Counted from the first letter of the stretch, positions 50,021-64,000 are shown. The stretch: 64,000 bases of DNA from Obrimoposthia wandeli (GCA_977020255.1 CDROCS010002727.1:496001-560000), one strand, 5' to 3'. Notes: generated from the sequence alone by a model not told the origin. A program made the numbers and translations.

Positions 50021-51435
50021 AATCTCGAAATGGGAAACAGACCCATGGCATCAGCCCGTTCTAGTATCGACAATCCACCGTGAACTTTACCCGAAGAGAC
50101 AAATAGAAAAAGTATGCTCAAACAAGCAAATCGGAAAGAGTTATGCTGAATTTTGGTCGAAGATGGTCACTGCATGTAGTACAAAATCTATGATCTCTGC
50201 AACAAAATGTGGAAGTGGTCATCGCAAAGCGACTCACTTTTTTGTACAGTGTGCATTGGACGGGTCGCAACCGAGTCTAGGTTCTTTAAATTGACCAAGA
50301 TTACCAATATCAGTACAGAGAAATAGCCAGACATGATACTCACTGTGCAAATACCACTAGAGGACGCGGTAGAAGTAGAGGTCGTGGCCCGTCAAGCTTA
50401 TGTCCGCCGACAACTATTTTAGACTACCATTGCTCATTCTCACGGCAGCAAGGTGGAACGCTACATTTTTCCTATCTTATATGTTTTATATTTGTTATAT
50501 TTACTAATAGTACAATTAATTAGGTGAATCAGCAAATTGCTAAATCACCTGAAGAAGGAGTGGACAATTAAACCTCGTACACATAAGCACTTTGGAGTGC
50601 TTATGTGTCTGATTATATAATATCCAGACATTATGTGATTAAGCAGTCTTTGGTTTGGCGACGTGAAATTGAAAGTTTGTGATACAGTGAATTTTGATTC
50701 AGTAGAGTGCTTAGTTTTCTCAATGTGTATGCAGTAAGGAAAAGTTGTATTCAAGTGTGATTAAAAATATGAGTATTGAAGTTGGTAGTTTATTATTTCA
50801 ATTATTGTTAACAGAAGCGTGGCTATACCACTAAAGATGGCGTCATATAGGACCACTATAAAAAGACCCTGATTAGTAAGGAGAATGGATTATTAGTTTG
50901 CTCTGACCAAAAGCAGCAATACAACCCCTTAACTTACCAAGGGTTGACCTAAACTGCGGATGTACCGCAGTAGACGCGGAAAAAAACTACGGAATCCCAC
51001 TAAGATTTAACAATTTTGATCTTGACGTCACTTTGGAGCCAAAGAAAACTGCAGATGTAGTTGACTTAAACGGAATGAAAATTAATGGAGCATAAGGCAG
51101 ACAGCAACATGCGATTCATTCAAGGCTCGTAAAGTGTAGCTCCATTAATAGGTGCCTTTGCTAGAAATGCTTGTTTGGATAAAAAGCTTATGGAGTTATA
51201 AAGAAGATTTTTGAGTGTTAGTGATGATGAGAGGATTTAACGTATAAAGTTTATGTTTGATAGACTTTGATGAAGTTTATTTTGGAAACATAGTAGTAGA
51301 TGCAGTTGTAGAGATTAGGATGCACTAAAATAAAGCTAATCGTTTGCGGAGAATAGTTTTATTCAAGTATGAGAGATATATGAAGAATAAACAATGAACA
51401 GTCAATGTCTTAGTGTGGAAATGGGGAGTAATATA

Positions 51436-51506
51436 AGTAGTGTAAAGTGACGATTCAGCGGCTTGGCGGCAGAATAATGCCACCCAAGCCGCTTAATCGT
51501 CACTTT
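51436..51506 (+). mobile_element. Isolated Polinton-type terminus (AGTAGT) followed by a 63-bp hairpin
   Basis: AGTAGTGTAAAGTGACGATT matches the intact element's end AGAAGTGTAAAGTGTCGGTT at 17/20. Palindrome at 51444-51506. Confidence 0.6.
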
Positions 51507-51758
51507 CTTGACAGGTTCTCCTAGTTGATATGCTTACATATGGACATTAGGTATGAGTCATGAACTTTTAGACAATTTTTCTGGATGCCGCTGAAGCATC
51601 ACTTCTTTAGAAGGGTACTCCATGTTACAATTAATATAAAGTAATATATATATCCTTACTCAAATTTCCAACTGATTTCAAATTTAAATTCAAAAATCCA
51701 CTTCAATAAATTTAATATCATGTGAAGGTTAATATAACTTTCATTTAATATAACCGTT

Positions 51759-54700
51759 TGTGGTGACTTAATAAAAAAAATGAATAAAAAGTGGTAGAAA
51801 TGATGATGTGTATGATGGTAATAGTAATTCCTAAAATAAAATGTTAAAAAAAGAAATAAAAACTAATTTATTATAATGCTTAATTTGCATTATGTTATTG
51901 ATCAATATGGATGTTGGAATTAGGAGAATCCCGTTGTTAATTTAATTAGCAGAAAATCGGAGAACAAGTCAGTTTAAAAATAAAATCGACAACAAAATCA
52001 AAGAACAGCCAAACAACCAAATCCAACAACAATCGTCCGTCCAACAACAAGACAAACTCTCACAGCATCATTTGTAGTGATAAATAAATACATCCTTTAT
52101 ATCTGATATCATTTAATCATATAAACAAAAAATCTACAATATTTTGGTGCCTTAACAAAACGACAACTACTCAACCATCCAACACAACTTCTCGTCATAC
52201 CGTTAAGGTCCAGAATCGGACAAATTTAATAAAAATAATTGGCTATATTTATAGTCCTGGCCAAGGACATTTCGTAATCTTCAAAGATTAAAATAAATTA
52301 AATTACTAAAAAGGGAATAATCTAAGAAAAAATTTAAAATTAAAAGAAATGGTAATTTAATTGACCTCATGTGACTGCTGATTCAACAGCATAAATAGTC
52401 ACATGAAACACCACAACTTACCCAATCCAATCCAATAAGTCGAACAGAAGAGAGGATCACACATCGGAAGAGAGCTTGTCAGAAGAGGCCGATACAGAAG
52501 AGAGGAACACACAGTCAGTAAGAAGTGGATTTTCCAATTTTGGTCGCCGTTCATTGGCCAAGGAAATTATTATAAATGGAGCAACTGGAATTGTACACAA
52601 ATATCGAATAATTAAAGACCGAACTTTCCCACGAGAGGAAAGCTCCAAGCAGTTACAACAAGAAAATGACTCGGACGAACCGGGCAGATCAATTACACAC
52701 GGCGAGTAGTTGATTTATTTATAAAATCATATAGTTTAAACGTAATTTTTTGTAATTATCCTGAACACAGACTATTATTTAATTTAGTTAAAATCCTAAT
52801 TGTGCACATAGAACTATCTTGAACATGGAGAGCTTATTGTTGATTAATCGAGGAACATCAGGAGAAAATACATTAAGCCTGAAACAGGCCCAAGCCTTTT
52901 ATAATATCATTTTCCCACCTTAAAATTAGCCTGAACGGCACATCATATTGGCCCAGCTACTTCTGGATATAATTTGGACAGAGAGTACGAGACTCCTTAT
53001 GGTATTATAAACTGATCTTTTTAGTACTCATATTAATTACTTATATTGTAAGTTTGATTTGTTTGAATAGGCAATATCCTGAATTCATACAAACCGATAA
53101 AGGAACTCACAAAAACACAATATCCAAGAAATAATTCACCACAACCAAAACATACCCATACACACAACAAAACCATCCACTCCAGATATACATCACCATA
53201 TTTCAATACAAACAACAATCACACATTGCACATACGAAAACGATATAATATGCTATTACCATAAAACATACGAATCCCGAGCATACAAATGCGAAAAACC
53301 ATGTGCATATTAAAAAAACACATGAAACCAGGTTCTTTCGCACCACATTACACATTAATAAATGCCATTTTCAAGGTGCACCCTTCAAATACACCATACA
53401 GCTTTCTTATAGACTCAGGCGCTGCGATTCCTTTGATACGAAAATCAATTTGCTCACAACATAAATAAAGGATAAATAATACAAACGTCATCCTCATAGC
53501 CGCGAACAATACAAAAATAAATACTTATGGTGAAACAAAGTTGAATCTCATCATAGATGACATACCATACCACTGGAATTTTATAATAGCAGACATCAAT
53601 CAAACCATACTAGGATCAGATTTTTAAGGAAACTTCCACTTACTAATTGACTGCCACAAAACAATAATACCACGACACACGATACACACTAACAACATTT
53701 ACAAACCAACACAGAATAGAACATTCAATTACAAAAGCAAACCCACAAACATTTCACCAATCCAAAATACTTACAAAAATAAACTCATACATAACTTACC
53801 AATTCAAAGCTCAACAACACCCACAACACAGAAGAAAAAAAATACAACTACACACAAAATAGTAACTACAAGTTATCCATGTCATACAAGAGTACGACTA
53901 TTACCAACATATAAATTAACAGGTGCAAAAGACACATTCAACAACCTCATAAAAGATAACGTTATCAGACCATCAGACTCACCATGGTCATCAGCCCTCA
54001 TGATATAAAAGAAATCATCAGTCGAATGGCGTTGATGCAGAGACTAACGTCTTTTTAATACATCAACTACCCCAGACTCCTATCCATTACCACTCATCAA
54101 CGACATAACACGAAGAATGGGAGACACGATCTTTTCAAAATTAGACCTAAAAAGCGCATAGCATCACATTCCAGTAGACACAGCAGACATTAAAAAACAA
54201 CCATAATAACACCGTTGGTTTTTTCGAAACACGGCATACAACCCAATGAGAACAAAATAAAAACAATAAAGTAATTTCCATCACCAAACAACTAAGAGGA
54301 TTTTTAGGAATGATAAATTTTTACTATAAACATATAAAAACTGCGCTCACATCTTACACTTAAACGAAATAATCAAAAATAAACACAAAACGAAAATTAA
54401 ATTAGACCCCCAACAAATGAAACATTTTGATAACACCAAAAGACGCACTTCTTACAGCCACAACACTAACATACCCATTGACAGACACTAAACTTACCTT
54501 AACCACAGACGCATCAAACACAGCAATAGGAGCAGTTTTGCACCAAACTGACAAAGACAACAATATCATTTTCTCACAAAAACTGAAGGTTAACCAAATC
54601 AAATACTCTACATACGACAGAGAACTTCTCGCCATCCACCAAGCTATAAGACACTTCGAAAACATACTAATTGACAAAACATTCGACACATTCATCGACC

Positions 54701-56654
54701 ACAAGCCACTCATACATGCATTCACAATGAAAAACCCTTCACCTCGACAGTCGAGACAACTCAATTACATTTCACAATTCAACACATCTATAAATTATAT
54801 TCCAGTCTCATTCAACATAACAGCCGAATCTTTATCGAGACCACCTGACACAATCAATAATATAGAACAACTCTTCGAAAGGCACTAAATAAACAATAAA
54901 CAAAACATCAACGAACTTTCAATATTACAAACTCAAACGGAATATGGTATGATATGACAACTCCAGGACTGATCAGAACTATTCTACCAAAAGAACTTAG
55001 ACCGAAATACATTAAACACTACCACAATACTCATCGCCGAGGAATCAAAGCTATACTCGATATTGTTAGACAACATTACATTTGGAAAAACATATGAAAA
55101 GACATTCAGAATTACGTCAAATCATGTATACAATGCAATCTTTATAAATCCCTAAAAACATGCAAAAACACAAAAATTACGCATCACATGCGATACACCT
55201 TTTCACACAATCCCCGTTGATTTAGTAGGAACGTTACCTTTACATAACAAATACTCAGACTTATTAACAATGATAGACAACAACACAAGTTGGTGCACAG
55301 TCAATCCTATTAAAGAAACATCTGCCAAAACAATAATAAACAAACATTGGTTTACAATATACGGATACCCATTCAATATAATCTCAGACCAAGGCAGACA
55401 ATTCATAAGTGATACCTTTAATGATTTTTGCTACATACATAACATCAAACATACAACTACCACTACTTACAACCCACAATCCAACGGAAAAATAGAAAGA
55501 ATGCACCGACGCATTAAGAAAAGCATAGCTTGCTACAAAAAAAACACAAACCTGGCCAGAAAACATAGACATGATGGGAATACGTAATACACCACACAAA
55601 CAAGACAACAGAAGTTCAACGAACACAACACAATCCACGAGTAAACTACACCAAAACGAACAAACTAAGCCTCATACCCATCCTTAAATACAAACAAGCT
55701 TACATAACACTAAACAATTGGAACCAAAATACGAAGATCCATACACCATAATGAAACAAAATAACAATACAACATTAATCAATATAAAACCAAACCCGAC
55801 ACTAATAAACAACCGTAACGTCAAAATAGTCTCACACACCAACAAAATACAAAATTTAAAAACAACACTGAAGCAATAAACCCTTAAAACCATTTTTGTG
55901 GAACAGGATAACCACTATAAAAAACTCACTTCTTATCCAACCCAAACAACCATAAGAACTCTCAAAAACAACGACTGTGGATAATCCCACAATAACCTAT
56001 AACTGACTCACCCATAATAATAACCTTAAAAGCTCTCAAATTCGAAGCACAATTTTTTCGACACCCACACCTCTTAATGCGTTTCAATGTTCCTTATTTC
56101 AATATACTTCTTAATTCGTTTCCTTGTTACTTACACCATGTTCCTATTTATTCTCTCGTTTCACTCCTTCTCTGTTACTCCGTAACTTAGGGGGGAAGTT
56201 AATGTTGTGACTTAATTTCCAAATTGTTAATAAAATCAAATAAAAATTAAGTTAATTAAATAAAAATAAAATTGAATAAATAGTAGTAGAAATGATGATG
56301 TGTGTGATGGCAATAGTAATTCCTAAAAGAAAAATGTTAAAAAAATTAATAAAAAAACTAATTTATTATTATGCTTAATTTGAATTATGTTATCGATCAA
56401 TATCGATGTTGGAATTAGAAGAATCCCACTGCTAATTTAATTAGCAGAAAATTGAAGAATTGTCGGTTTAAAAATAAAATCGACAACAAAATCAAATACC
56501 CAAAACAACCAAATCCAACAACAATCGTCCGTCCATCAACCAAACAACAAGACATAATCTCACAACATCATTTCCTTACTTCATTTGTAGTGATAAATAA
56601 ATACATCCTTTATATCTGATATCATTTAATCTTATAAATCTAAAATCTACAATA
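51759..56654 (+). mobile_element. Degenerate Gypsy LTR retrotransposon with both LTRs (51759-52141 and 56203-56654)
   Basis: Homologous LTRs; PBS-like tggtgcc at 52145; PPT agggggggaag at ~56189-56198; candidate TSD CGTT. Protease FLIDSGA, RT SPWSS...DSYPLP...FSKLDLKSA, RNaseH TDASNTAIGAVL...DRELLAI, integrase SCIQC/PQSNGKIERMH. Confidence 0.92.
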
Positions 56655-57026
56655 CGTTTATTTTAATTTGATGATAAATTTAACCTAATTAAATTCTATA
56701 TATATTTAAGTCATATGAGACCTGCTTTTGTAGATATGATACCATGCATTACCGGGTCACCATCTCCCTTTAACATATTGATTTTATATATATATAATGA
56801 TAACTCACTATATGATATTGTTTATAGTAAATACTGAAAACTCACTCTATGTTTATTATTTTGTTGTTAATAACTTTGAATGTTGTTTCACTTCAATTAT
56901 ATCCAGGGATATGTATTAGAATGTATGTTAGTATCGATTTTGTTTATACTAGGTGTGTGTTTGTATATATGTATGTGTGTAAATTCTATATAAGGATAAA
57001 TGAATAATAATAAGATACCGTTTATC

Positions 57027-58400
57027 ATGAAACTCTCAAATATCAATTATAAAGCACATACTACTCAATATATTGGAAATCTAACATTTAGTACTACAAA
57101 ACCAAGTCAATATATAGAAAAACATAAATATTATACTTTAGTTATTTTCAAATCAAATATTAATTTGAGATATTAATAGGAAGTTGTCGATTAATGAGGT
57201 ATAAGAAACCAGATACAAACTAGAATTTACAATATGGTATACAAATAGAGAGAAAATAATCAGTAACAATGGATATTGGAAAGAAAATCAATTTACATTA
57301 TTTATCAATGAAATTAGGATCTGGTTGTATATTCAAACCGGAATTATTTGCACTCAGATTAAATAAATATAATCCATTATGTGTTAACGTATTCTCAAGT
57401 GGAAAGATTATAATAGTTGGACTTAAAGATTTGGATTATTATTATGATGTTAATTGTTTCAAATATATTGCTTTTGTTATAAGCGTATAATGTATAATCA
57501 AAATTTGAAAATGATTAATAATAATGATGAATTAGTTGAGAACACAGTTGATGAAAAAATGTCCGGAACTATATAGGGCACTTGGTATTTTTCAGAATTA
57601 TAAAATTCAATCGAGGTAATATTCGTTCAATTGTCAGAAGTTGAGTAAATCAAAATATCAGATACAAGAAAGAAGTTCCGAAAAAAGAAATCTGCATCTA
57701 AGAGACCATCACAAGCGGAAAGTAAGCAAGAAGGCAGTGATAGTATAAATAAAAGATGGTAAAAAGATACAATAATTGAGTAAAATGACAACCGCATGTG
57801 GTAAATCCGAATTGTGTTTGTTTGATAGACCAGCCCCTCAATTTATAGTTGAGAATGGATGTTTTGAAGACATTTATCCGATTAATACAATGAACGATAA
57901 CAAATATATCTGAAATTGAATTTAAAATTGAATTTAAAATTTCAGGTTCTGATGTAGGATATCTTGATTTGAGTGATACAATGTAACATGTAAAAAATAA
58001 AGTTGTTAAAAAGGACGGTACACCACTAAATGAAGCTGATAATATTACACCAGTTAATTGTTTAATAATATTACACCAGTCATGTTTCATAGACTGTTTA
58101 TAAACTTGGAAGTTTCATTGAATTCTGAGAAAATAGAAGGTGGGAATGATATGTAGGCTGTAAAATCAATGATAGAAACCATTCTTAATTATGGTACCGA
58201 TACTAAAGAAATATTTCTTTCATGTATTGGATATGACTCTGATCCAGATGAATGTAAAAAGTGGATTTCTCGATCAACTGAGTTTTAAATGTGTGGTTCA
58301 AAGTTCGATCTGATTTTTTTGAGCAACCTAAATATATTTTGCTTGGTATTTATGTGAGATTGGAATTTGTATTTAATAATCCTCAAGTAAGCCTTTACAT
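57027..58400 (+). pseudogene. Relic B of the TBP-Maverick family: TBP-like gene, small basic ORF and MCP N-terminal half
   Basis: MKLSNINYK...YTLVIFKS; KPELFAL...CVNVFSSGKIIIVGLKDLDY; MTTACGKSELCLFDRPAPQ...FEDIYP at 57785. Same gene order as the intact element. Confidence 0.85.
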
Positions 58401-58639
58401 CTGAAAATTGACAGAATAATTTATGTATAACTAAAATTTGTCTATTTTAATGCATAAATATAAGCGTAGAAAGTTTTACTGTAATTTTTTGACATGGTTT
58501 CGTCAACAAGAAAAATATCTAAGTTATAGTACTGCGTTTCGCTAAATAGTTTAAAATGTAACATGATAATATAAATTTTAGACAATATCATTTAAAATCC
58601 TATATATTTTGTGTTAAATAAAATATAAATTAGACATAC

Positions 58640-59160
58640 CTTCTGACCCATGAAGACATTAATTCTTTGTAACATTTTTCGCGTTTCTCTCGTAATCTCC
58701 AATCTTCTAATTTTTCTAATCCAAATTCTTCGCCAATCAAGTCAACACCATACACACAATAGACTTTTTCTCTCATTTCCTTTAATTTTTCATTTCCCAA
58801 GTCATTTAGTCTTCCTTCTTCTAAAAGTTTCAAGTCATTTTGCAGTTGAATTTTATCGTCACGATGATTTTGTTGTTCTAAGAAACTTTGAAATTTCTTC
58901 ATTGCAATATCTGCCAATTCATTTGTTCTCATTATTTTAATGCCTTGTTTCTGGCATTCTTGTCTTGTCGTTGCCAATATATAATTATATTGTCTCTTAA
59001 AATCTGCTTCATTATAACTTCTAAATTCACCTTCGTTAGGATTTGTCAAATGAATAATAAATAAATCTTTCAACTCAGTCAAATTTTTCAACCATTCATT
59101 TTCACCTTTGTATTTTATAAATTGAAGCAGTATAAAATTTTGTTCAATGGACCAATTCAT
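58640..59160 (-). CDS. BRD8: BRD8-like gene, exon 1 (N-terminal SANT-like domain and coiled coil)
   Basis: WSIEQNFILLQFIKYKGENEW...QYNYIL...LQNDLKLLEEGRLND compared with BRD8 WSIREKLCLASSVMRSGDQNW...QYSELL...LKRDAELIQAGHMD. Donor AG/GTATGT, phase 2. The four exons total 1956 nt (651 aa plus stop). Confidence 0.75.
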
Positions 59161-59489
59161 GCAATTGAAACTTTTAGAGTTTTAATTCTATTTTACAAAC
59201 CGTTTGTATGTCAAAGTTATTAATATTATCATGTGCTGATAATTTTGAAATTATTATATTCTGTTATAACATGTATGGCTATCTATTTAAATCAAAAGAA
59301 ATTTAGCAAGAATGTCCGTTCACCTATTATTACAATAAAACTGTATATAACTGTCAACTATTTCTGCTGTAAAAATAACGCTTTTTAATAAATTTAACAA
59401 AAAATAGAGTAAATAAAAATTTATTTATTAATTTTCAGAATTAAGCAAAAATTTCGTAATATCAAATTAATTTAATAATATAATTTTGT

Positions 59490-60880
59490 TGATTTGGAAT
59501 TCAATATTCAAGGCAATGACGATAGTTATTTGGATTTGAAAGATACATTGCTACATATCAAAGTTAAAGTAACTAAAGCTGAAAGAACTGAATTACAAAA
59601 ATAGTGTTGTTAGAGCCAATAACTATATGTTTCATAAAATGTTTAAAGATAGTTTACTAACTTTAAATAATATGAAAATTGAAAAAGGAAATAACTCATA
59701 TTGTCAAAAGGTATTGCTTGATACTCTATTCAGTTTATTAAAGAAACAAAAGAAACTAATTTACGATGTAATAGTTTTGATTCTAATGAAAGCAAATTTG
59801 ATTCTTGGTAAGCTAAATCTAAACCTTTTGAGATTTGTGGATCACTACGATTGGATTTCTTTGATCAACCAAAGTATCTTATACCGGGAGTAAATGTACA
59901 TTTACGATTAATAAGAAATAATTTTAGTTTTTCATTGGTAACAACAAATGTTGAAACTAAACCTATTTTACAAATTTTAGATCCCAGATTGTATGTTAGA
60001 CGAGTAAGGGTTAAAATTTCTGTTTTTATTTGTCGTCAATTGGGGTTGTAAATTCAAAATGCAGTATATCCAGTTAGAAAAACGTAGCTTATTAGTTATT
60101 CAAAATATAAAGTGCTATGGCAATGTTTTAAGATCAATTATTCGGAGACTATTCGTTACCTAAATTGATTATTGTATGATTTCAATCTAAAGATAAACTT
60201 TCTGGGAGTCTTATTACTGATAACTCAACTTTTAATCATTTTAATGTTTCTGATATAATTTTAACAAAGAATAATGATTTTCTAGAAACATATACAATAA
60301 ATTTCGATAATGATAACTATTGTTTTGCTTATACAAAATCACTGATACGTAATATGGAAAATGTGGATAGAATTCAAGCTATAGTATTACGTTTGATGAT
60401 TTTAAAAATAGTTATTCTCTTTTTACATTGGTTTTGGCTTCTGAGTTTGACATAAACACTACTTAAATACTAAAGAATGGGAATCTTAAACTCAAAATAA
60501 AATTTGCTACTGTTCTTGTTTCTCCTACAAGTGTTTTAATTTATGTAATTTTTGATTCTGAAATCCAAATTACAAGAACTAAAACTGTGATTATATGAAG
60601 TACTTTTTTAAATTTATAAAATTATTAATTATTTATTTTTAGTACTCTAGAAATTATAAAATCAGTAAAAATTCTGATCGATGATGCATTTATTGGAGTT
60701 TATTTGCTTGATAAAATACCATATCTCTGTGATGGTGGTTAAATCATCAATACTCATACAAATAATCTCCCAGATGAACATTGGATTGATATTTATGTTA
60801 ATAACAGTTAAATTAAAGTATGTGATCCTCTCGGTTTCTATTATCATCTTAAGCTGGTATCATTTATTTCTAAACAAAGT
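59490..60880 (+). pseudogene. Relic C of the TBP-Maverick family: MCP and spliced protease
   Basis: LEFNIQG..DSYLDLKDTLLHIKVKV, DFFDQPKYLIPGV, GNLKLKIKF...VLIYVIFDSEI; then ATGAA/gt..ag/T giving MNTLEI...FIGVY...NLPDEHWI. Confidence 0.85.
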
Positions 60881-60915
60881 CTTATATATATAGACTATTT
60901 TTTTTAAATATTACA

Positions 60916-61865
60916 ATGTTACCCCGAAGATTAAATGCTCAAAATACATTAGACTTGTTTCATGCAATGAACGAAGATATATCAGATGATGGAAATAGTA
61001 CCATAATTGGAGATTATTATATAATTGAGGAAAATGATGAGTTTAGTGAAGATGAAGATGACAAAATTGATCATGCACCAGTAGTCGATGGTCAAAGAAA
61101 TAATTATGAATCTAGAGAAGGTATTACTACATGGAGAGCTTGTGATAATACTAATGTAGGACGTTTGACTTCTTAAAATGTATTAATGCTTTTAGTTATC
61201 TTTTTATTAGGGCTATAGTGTCACATATTTCAAAATTTACGACAAATTAAGGATGTTGACAGTTACATATGTTTATTCATAATAAGAGGAATGACAGGAA
61301 ATTCTAACATGAATTTCGAAGACTTGTGGTCAAATAAATGGGGTATGCAAATATTCAAAGATACCTTTTCTCGAAAGAGATTCCGTGATAAAATGCGATT
61401 CTTAAGATTTCATGATAAACAAAATTAAAGTTTTTGATTTATGTCTGACACATTTAGTATGGTATCTTGAATATGGAATAGATTCTTAGAAAACAGTCAG
61501 TTAGCTTATATCCCAACTGAAATTTTGACTGTTGATGAACAATTGATGCCCTGTAAAATGAGATGTCCATTTATACAATATATGTATAATCAATAGGAAA
61601 AATTTGGAATAAAGTTTTGGCTTTTATGCGAAGTAGATTCAAAATTGATTTTGAATGGTATTATATGTTTGGGCAAAGATAAATCCGAAAAATTGGGTCA
61701 TTGTGTTGTAAAAATGCTGGTAGAACCATACAATAGTCTGAGATATAACGTCACTACAGATCATTTCTTTACATAACTTGCTGTTGCTAAATATTTGGCT
61801 AAAAGAAAATGTAGCTTAGTTGGTACAATGCGTAATAACAGAAAAGAACTTCCTATCAACATGTT
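60916..61865 (+). pseudogene. piggyBac transposase relic truncated by an LTR insertion
   Basis: Acidic N-terminus; LTVDEQLMPCKMRCPFIQY, KFGIKFWLLC, VTTDHFFT, LVGTMRNNRKELP. Confidence 0.9.
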
Positions 61866-61874
61866 AGATATAAA

Positions 61875-63941
61875 TGTTAGGGTTTCTATACGAGGCTTGT
61901 ATAGATCCTCTTGTGTGCGGAGGGCCCCAACGTGAGTTCTAATAGAAGCAGGTCTTAAAGTTGGTCGTGGCCTACTTAGTGTTATGGTTGCCTGTCTCAA
62001 TTACTTATCTGAAGGTGTTTGTTTTTTATGTCTCTTAATCTGAAGGGTTTAGAACAACGTTTTCTAATGTAGGAAATCGTTTATTGTTAACACACTAGAC
62101 TAACACAACAATACATTTACGTACGTATTTTTCTAAAGGTGCCATTAAAAAATTCCTAAGACTTCTGTAAGTCTCTACACAAGTGATGGATGAACCACGT
62201 ATCGATTTTTTATGTTAAGGGTGATCGAGTTTGTAGAGTCGTTCCTTTTAACCATGAATAAGCAAGTTATAGATTTTTCAAATCGTTAAACTTTAATGTC
62301 CGAGCTTTAATTTATGTCAAAAAAATGTTATATTTTTAAACTTTTACTAAATTGGAAGACAACTTTAACTTTATATCAACAAATGTTATAATGCAAAACT
62401 TTTACTAAATTGAAGGCAAATTTCAACTTTATATCAACAAATGTTATAATGCAAAACTTTTACTAAATTGAAGGCAAATTTCAACTTTATATCAACAAAT
62501 GTTATAATGCAAAACCTTTACTAAATTGAAGGCAAATTTCAACTTAATATCAACAAATGTTATAATGCAAAACTTTTACTAAATTGAAGGCAAATTTCAA
62601 CTTTATATCAACAAATGTTATAATGCAAAACTTTCACTAAATTGGGGCAAACTTCAACTTTATATCAACAAATGTTATAATGCAAAACTTTTACTAAATT
62701 GAAGGCAAACTTCAACTTTATATCAACAAATGTTATAATGCAAAACTTTCACTAAATTGGGAGCAAACTTCAACTTTATATCAACAAATGTTATAATGCA
62801 AAACTTTTACTAAATTGAAGACAAACTTCAACTTTATATCAACAAATGTTATAATGCAAAACTTTCACTAAATTGGGGGCAAACTTCAACTTTATATCAA
62901 CAAATGTTATAATGCAAAACTTTTACTAAATTGAAGGCAAACTTCAACTTTATATCAACAAATGTTATAATGCAAAACTTTCACTGAATTGAAGGCAAAC
63001 TTTAACTTTATATCAACAAATGTTATAATGCAAAACTTTTACTAAATCGAAGGCAAACTTCAACTTTATATCAACAAATGTTATAATGCAAAACTTTTAC
63101 TAAATTGAACTTTATATCAACAAATGTTATAATGCAAAACTTTTACTAAATTGAACTTTATATCAACAAATGTTATAATGCAAAACTTTTACTAAATTGA
63201 ACTTTATATCAACAAATGTTATAATGCAAAACTTTACTAAATTGAGGGCAACTTCCACTTTTGCGGTATTTATACCTTTAATTACTGATATCGGAATAGA
63301 GTTGCTCGGAATAGATTGCTGCAACTGGAGAATTAGTTTCCTTGCTATAGAATATAGATTGAGTTACTGTCGCGGTTCCGATTCTACAAAATCGATATTA
63401 AGTTAGTTCAACTAACCAAATTTACTAACCGGGGGAATTTCACTGGTTTTTTCTGCGTCGCCTTTTGTCTCTGCTTTTCCCTCTATCTAGATTTTTTCTG
63501 CAAGAATTAATAAATAAATTAGACTTATATAGTCTACCTCTGGGCTGTCAATCACTTGGCACTGGGCTTCTGCTAATTAGGCTTCTTTCTTCTGGACAGC
63601 TATAATTCCTAATAGGTTTCTGTCAATCAGTTTCTTCTTGACAGCTGTAATTCCTACTTAGGTTTCTGTCAATCAGTTTCTTAATTAATTTTCTTAGGCT
63701 TCTTGTATTTCTTTTTAGTTACTCTATTTAATTTCTTGCACTTTTACTAGTTAATTAATATCTTATATACTAACGCATTATACACGACCTTCGTGGTCTT
63801 CTAATATTTGTTCTTATTTTAATTTTAATAATTTAATTTTGATTTTAAAATTTATTTAATTCTTAACCTTGTTTTCAAGGCTTTTCATTTTACTATAAAA
63901 ACAATTAACTATTTAATTTCAATCAAAACCTAATCCTAACA
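61875..63941 (-). mobile_element. Long LTR (~2.07 kb), same family as 6297-8147, opposite orientation; the element body continues beyond the window
   Basis: On the minus strand TGTTAG...CCCTAACA. The flank at 63942-63990 is the reverse complement of 6249-6296. Confidence 0.85.
62335..63260. repeat. Minisatellite inside the LTR, 59-bp unit (the last few shortened to ~48 bp), about 16 copies
   Basis: aacttttactaaattgaaggcaaa.ttcaactttatatcaacaaatgttataatgcaa, head-to-tail with no spacers. Confidence 0.95.
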
Positions 63942-64000
63942 TATCTCGGGGGTTCTAAAAAAGTTACGTCCCCGGAACATATCGATTTTAACCTTACAAG

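Noticed and set aside
50330-50460. GC-rich RGRGRSRGRG-encoding patch
   Set aside because: Too short, with no splice context or flanking homology; probably a retroelement scrap.

Overview
AT-rich eukaryotic (animal-like) genomic window, densely packed with transposons, not prokaryotic. One host gene, a BRD8-like SANT plus bromodomain gene, is on the minus strand in 4 phase-compatible exons (59160-58640, 31828-31332, 19480-19070, 18758-18232). The main finding is in its intron 2: a 10,033-bp Maverick/Polinton (adintovirus-like) element at 20938-30970 with intact ends. It has AG..CT termini, a 6-bp TSD (AACGTC) and ~535-bp TIRs that each contain a ~165-bp terminal hairpin. It encodes a spliced TBP-like protein, a major capsid protein, an adenain-type protease and a ubiquitin-like-fused protein-primed PolB, all with signs of decay except TBP. 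It has 32-44-nt spliceosomal-type introns and a thrice-repeated 55-bp structured motif, but no recognisable integrase, packaging ATPase or penton. Two older relics of the same family lie at ~51436/57027-58400 and ~59490-60880, and a different Polinton relic at ~35300-38330. The first 6.3 kb is best read as the accessory-gene tail of a large LTR element: a tandem dual-specificity phosphatase/membrane protein, further membrane proteins and three RING-H2 genes, ending in a 1.85-kb LTR. Related LTRs occur at 33330, ~43250 and 61875. Also present: Gypsy, BEL/Pao, piggyBac and Tigger relics, and an RRM1 gene fragment bracketed by a perfect 159-bp direct repeat. All calls are from manual reading and recalled family motifs; no searches were run.
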